A DNA stretch of 64,000 nucleotides from Octopus sinensis (Eukaryota): positions 72,230,001 to 72,294,000 of the forward strand of contig NC_043009.1 in assembly GCF_006345805.1 (NCBI RefSeq). The letters are read 5' to 3'. Position 1 is the first letter of the stretch. Every line of letters starts with the position of its first letter. This document shows positions 60,502 through 64,000 of this stretch, piece by piece. The position numbers and the translations under genes were made by a program. A model generated the notes under the pieces. The model saw only the letters and a list, made by a program, of their open reading frames with translations, had not been told where the DNA came from and searched no databases.

Positions 60502-63500
60502 ATTGATTGATTCTAGTTTCAGCTCACGAGCTGTGGCCATGCTGGGGCACCGCCATTTGGTGTTGCTACATGGTTTTACTTCACGAATGCTTTTTAGCAA
60601 CTGCCATTTGGTGCAGTTCGATGCAGAGAGTTCGATGCAGCTGCCCTCATCTGCACCTCCTGCCGTGAAGTTGGTTCATCTGGGATACCTGACAAGAAGA
60701 GATCCAGTTTCATTTTAAAAACATCTGCATCCACCCCATGCAGGTTTCTTAGGTCCTTCGGGAGGATATTGAAGAGCTGTGGGCCTCGGAAGCCCAGGCT
60801 ATCACAGTATCTTGTCCTACATCTTGATGGCAAATTTGGAGTCCAAGGCACCACGCAGTAGCGCCCAGTTCTGGCATTTGTGTAACTCTCGATGCCAAAG
60901 TTTGGGACAAGTCCTTCCAGGATCTTCCAGATGTATATTATGGCATATCTTTCTTGCCTACGCTCCAAGGAATAGAGTTTTAATCTCTTGAGTCTTTCCC
61001 AGTAGCTTACATTCCGCACAGAGGCTATCTTCTTCGTGTAGCTACGTTGGATCGCCTCAAGTTCTGTGATCAACTTGACACTGGATGGTGACCATAGCTG
61101 AGAGCAATAGTCAAAGTGGCTTAGGACAAGTGTCCTCCAGAGGACCATCATGGTTTCTTGTTCTCCTGTTCTAAAGGTTCTGAGAATCCATCCGGCCAGT
61201 CGTCTACATTTCATTGCCAATTTAGCAACATGTACACGAAAGGTTGCGTCATCACTCACGTAAATACCCAGGTCACACACTGATTGTGCCTCTGGGATTG
61301 CAATTCCTCCGGGTCCAGTGTATTCATTGGGTATTGCATTTAGTTTTGCATGCTGATAGCATAAAGCTTGAAACTTTTCAGCATTGAACTGCATGCTATT
61401 CTTTTCAGCCCACTTGTATATTTTGTCCAGCTCACATTGCAGGCGTTTAGTGTCCTCAGGGTTCTGTATTGCCTGTGAAACTTTTGTATTATCTGCATAA
61501 CTTTTGATCGTGGCTCTCTGCATGGCTGAGGGCATGTCTGAGAGGGCCATTATGAACAGTAGTGGTCCCAAAACAGTGCCCTGCGGAACACCGCTCACTA
61601 TTTGCGTGTTAATGGAAGTGGCCCCATTGGCTACTACCACCTGACTTCTATCTTTCAGAAAGTCATGAAGCCATTCTCCCAGTTTTCCAACTATGCTAAG
61701 ATCACGCAGTTTGTGACATATCATTCCATGATCGACTTTATCAAAGGCCTTTGCAAAGTCGAGATATATGACTTCCACATTTGAGTGGTTGAGCAGTCAT
61801 TTCAGCACCCAGTCATAGTGTTGTAGGAGCTGAGTTAAGCAGCTTCTTCCTGGTCGGAAACCATGTTGGGTGTCAGGCAGCAAGTCATTTTCTTCAAGGA
61901 AGGTGATCAGTTTCCTTCTGACTATTCGTTCCATGACCTGCTGATGTGTGAGGTCAGAGAGATAGGTCTGTAGTTCTTGGCCTCCGCTCTGCTACCATAT
62001 TTTACCTTCCTTCAGTTTTCTTGGAAGTTTGCCAGCTGCAAGGAAGCTCTGAAAGAGGAACTGCAGTGGTCTTGCTAGGACTCTCTTACATACTTTTAGG
62101 AGGATTGCCGGGAATCCATCGGGGCCAGTAGCTGAGTCTGTTTTCATTTCATCTATAGCCTTTATTACATCGTCTTCCTTTATATCCATGTAATCTATCG
62201 TCGCCGCCTCTGATTTTATATCTGCAGTGGTAAAGAAGTCAGTTGGATTGGTGATTTGGAAATGCCCAAGGGGTGGAGTGAAACACTCTTGAATTGCTCA
62301 TTCAGTATTTCACTTACCCTCATTGGTTTTCCTGTGAGTGTGCCATCCTTTTCAACGAGTGGCCCTATCTACAGTGCACCGTAGCTGTTTCTTTGGCATA
62401 CCTGTAGAAAGCTCTGGGGTTAGATTTTATGTTGTCTATAGCCCAGGCTTCTTTGTCTGCTCTTTCCTTTCATGGGAGAGTTGCAGACATTTTTCAATTT
62501 CCAACAGTTTTATTCTCAGGCGGGCTTTTCACTGCTTTCAATTTGTTTGTTTAGGCGATTTGAAATTTTTGTACGCCGTCTCATTAAAATTTTCCTCTCT
62601 CTGGGGATTTTGTTCTTGTGTACAGTGGCCTTTCTCTCTGGGACACATTTGTAGCATATGGCTTGCATTACAGACATGAATTGTTGAAGTTTCACGTCGA
62701 TGTCTGGCGAGGAGAGACATTCAGGCCAGTTTTGTTTGAGAATCTCTTTCTCAATTTGTTTCCAGTTTGCCTTATGGAAGTTCAAGCTAGAAAGATTCTG
62801 AGGGTTTCTTGTAGGCTGCCTGTCCATGCTTTCCTTTGGCCCGTACATGGTTGACTCTACCATGTTGTGATCCGAGAGTAGTGTCGGTGTCACTTTCACA
62901 TAATGGATGAGATCCATATTATTTGTGAAGCAGAGATCCAGTGTGTTACCTGCCCTGGTTGGTTGGAGTATTACTTGCTCCATGTACAGGGTGTTGATGA
63001 GGTTCAGGAGGGACGTCGCCTGTCCTCGTTCACATCTTGTCATTCCTGGGAGAGAAAGGCCCTCGGGCCATCTGACATTGGGTAGATTGAAGTCTCCCAT
63101 AAGTACACTTATGTGTTGTTCTAATGTGATTAGAACTTCTATTTTTATAAGGCAGTCTTCAAACTTGCCTACATGGCTTGGGGCATCTGGAGGGCGATAT
63201 GTAGCACACACAACTACATCAAGTTGCCTTATATGTACAATTAGTGTGTCACACACCGAGTTTGAGTATGACAAAAGGACTTGGGGGTGTGATGAGGTCC
63301 TCACGGATGTACATAGCAACTCCTCCATGACTCCTTCTTTTCTGTCGGTCAGTAGTACAACATACCGTGGTATGTGTAATTCCGCATCTGCTATGTCCGG
63401 TTTCAGGTGCGTTTCCGTAAGTGCTATGCATAAGGCTTGATTGCATGCAACAAAATCTCAAGAACGGGATTTTTGTCCTGTTACTGAGTGTTTGCAGTCC

Positions 63501-63950
63501 TCTGATGTTCAGTAGGAGAATCGAGGTGAGGTGTATACTGTTGCCGGCGGTGTCACCTTGGTCTATTTGCTGTGGTGGTCTTGTATATTGTGGGTAGTCC
63601 CATCTGCGAGCTTGGGTTTGATGAAGCCAGGTTAGCTGCTGTACAATCTTTTGTGCCATGCACAAAAAAGATTCTTGTTCAGCAGCTGCCTTTCAACAAC
63701 ATCATGTTGGCAGTTTTGTGCACGCACCACATCTGCGTACCTCCATTTTGGGGCAGGTGGTGCGTGGGTCCATCCCTTTCCTTTGTTAGTTGTTTATGAT
63801 CTGTTTCGTGTCTCTGCGGCAGGGTCCCCGATGTACAAAACGGCAGCCTGCACCTTCCTCTCCATGCCAGCAGGTACCTCTCAGGTAGAACCTACACACC
63901 CATGTGCGCTGTTTGTTTCCATTTTTGGTATAGGATAGTCAGTTTTACTT
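60502..63950 (-). mobile_element. Near full-length CR1-clade LINE (ORF1 CCCH finger, APE, RT), frameshifted
   Basis: ORF1 CRFYLRGTCWHGEEGAGCRFVH; LLLNIRGL, ATYRPP, LMGDFNLP, GNTLDLCF, SDH; GPDGFP; YLDFAKAFDKVDH, SGVPQGTVLGPLLF, YADN (catalytic Asp lost); (AATC)n tail. Confidence 0.9.
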
Positions 63951-64000
63951 CTATCTTGGCTGTTTCATTTTTTGGTTTTGTTTGAGTTTTTCTTTTAGTT

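Noticed and set aside
60594-61778. 394-aa ORF as a host or domesticated reverse transcriptase gene
   Set aside because: Part of a frameshifted CR1 copy, with YADD mutated to YADN

Overview
Eukaryotic, AT-rich, repeat-dense DNA, most likely from an octopus or other coleoid cephalopod. This is inferred from CDICGKSF-type tandem C2H2 fingers, tRNA-derived SINE families, abundant RTE LINEs and microsatellites; no taxonomic search was possible. The one clearly intact gene is a C2H2 zinc-finger gene whose coding sequence lies in one exon (38226-39590, minus strand; 15 repeats, one dead), with a probable non-coding first exon about 9 kb upstream. Three plus-strand exons (772-944, 11812-11987, 18525-18540) splice in frame and look like the 3' end of an unidentified host gene. 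Most of the rest is decayed or nested transposons: RTE, Tx1/L1-like, R4/Dong-like, CR1 and CRE/NeSL-like LINEs, a Gypsy element, a solo LTR, a piggyBac derivative with a related MITE, Tc1, Merlin, Helitron and many SINEs. The most unusual structures are a 2.5-kb near-perfect palindrome (49888-52390; real fold-back or read/assembly artefact), a variable-number array of apparently structured ~60-67-nt units in RTE 3' UTRs, a pre-miRNA-like hairpin (28396-28471) and visible finger birth and death in the ZNF gene. All protein-family calls come from motif recognition by eye, and boundaries without TSD, TIR or splice anchors are approximate.
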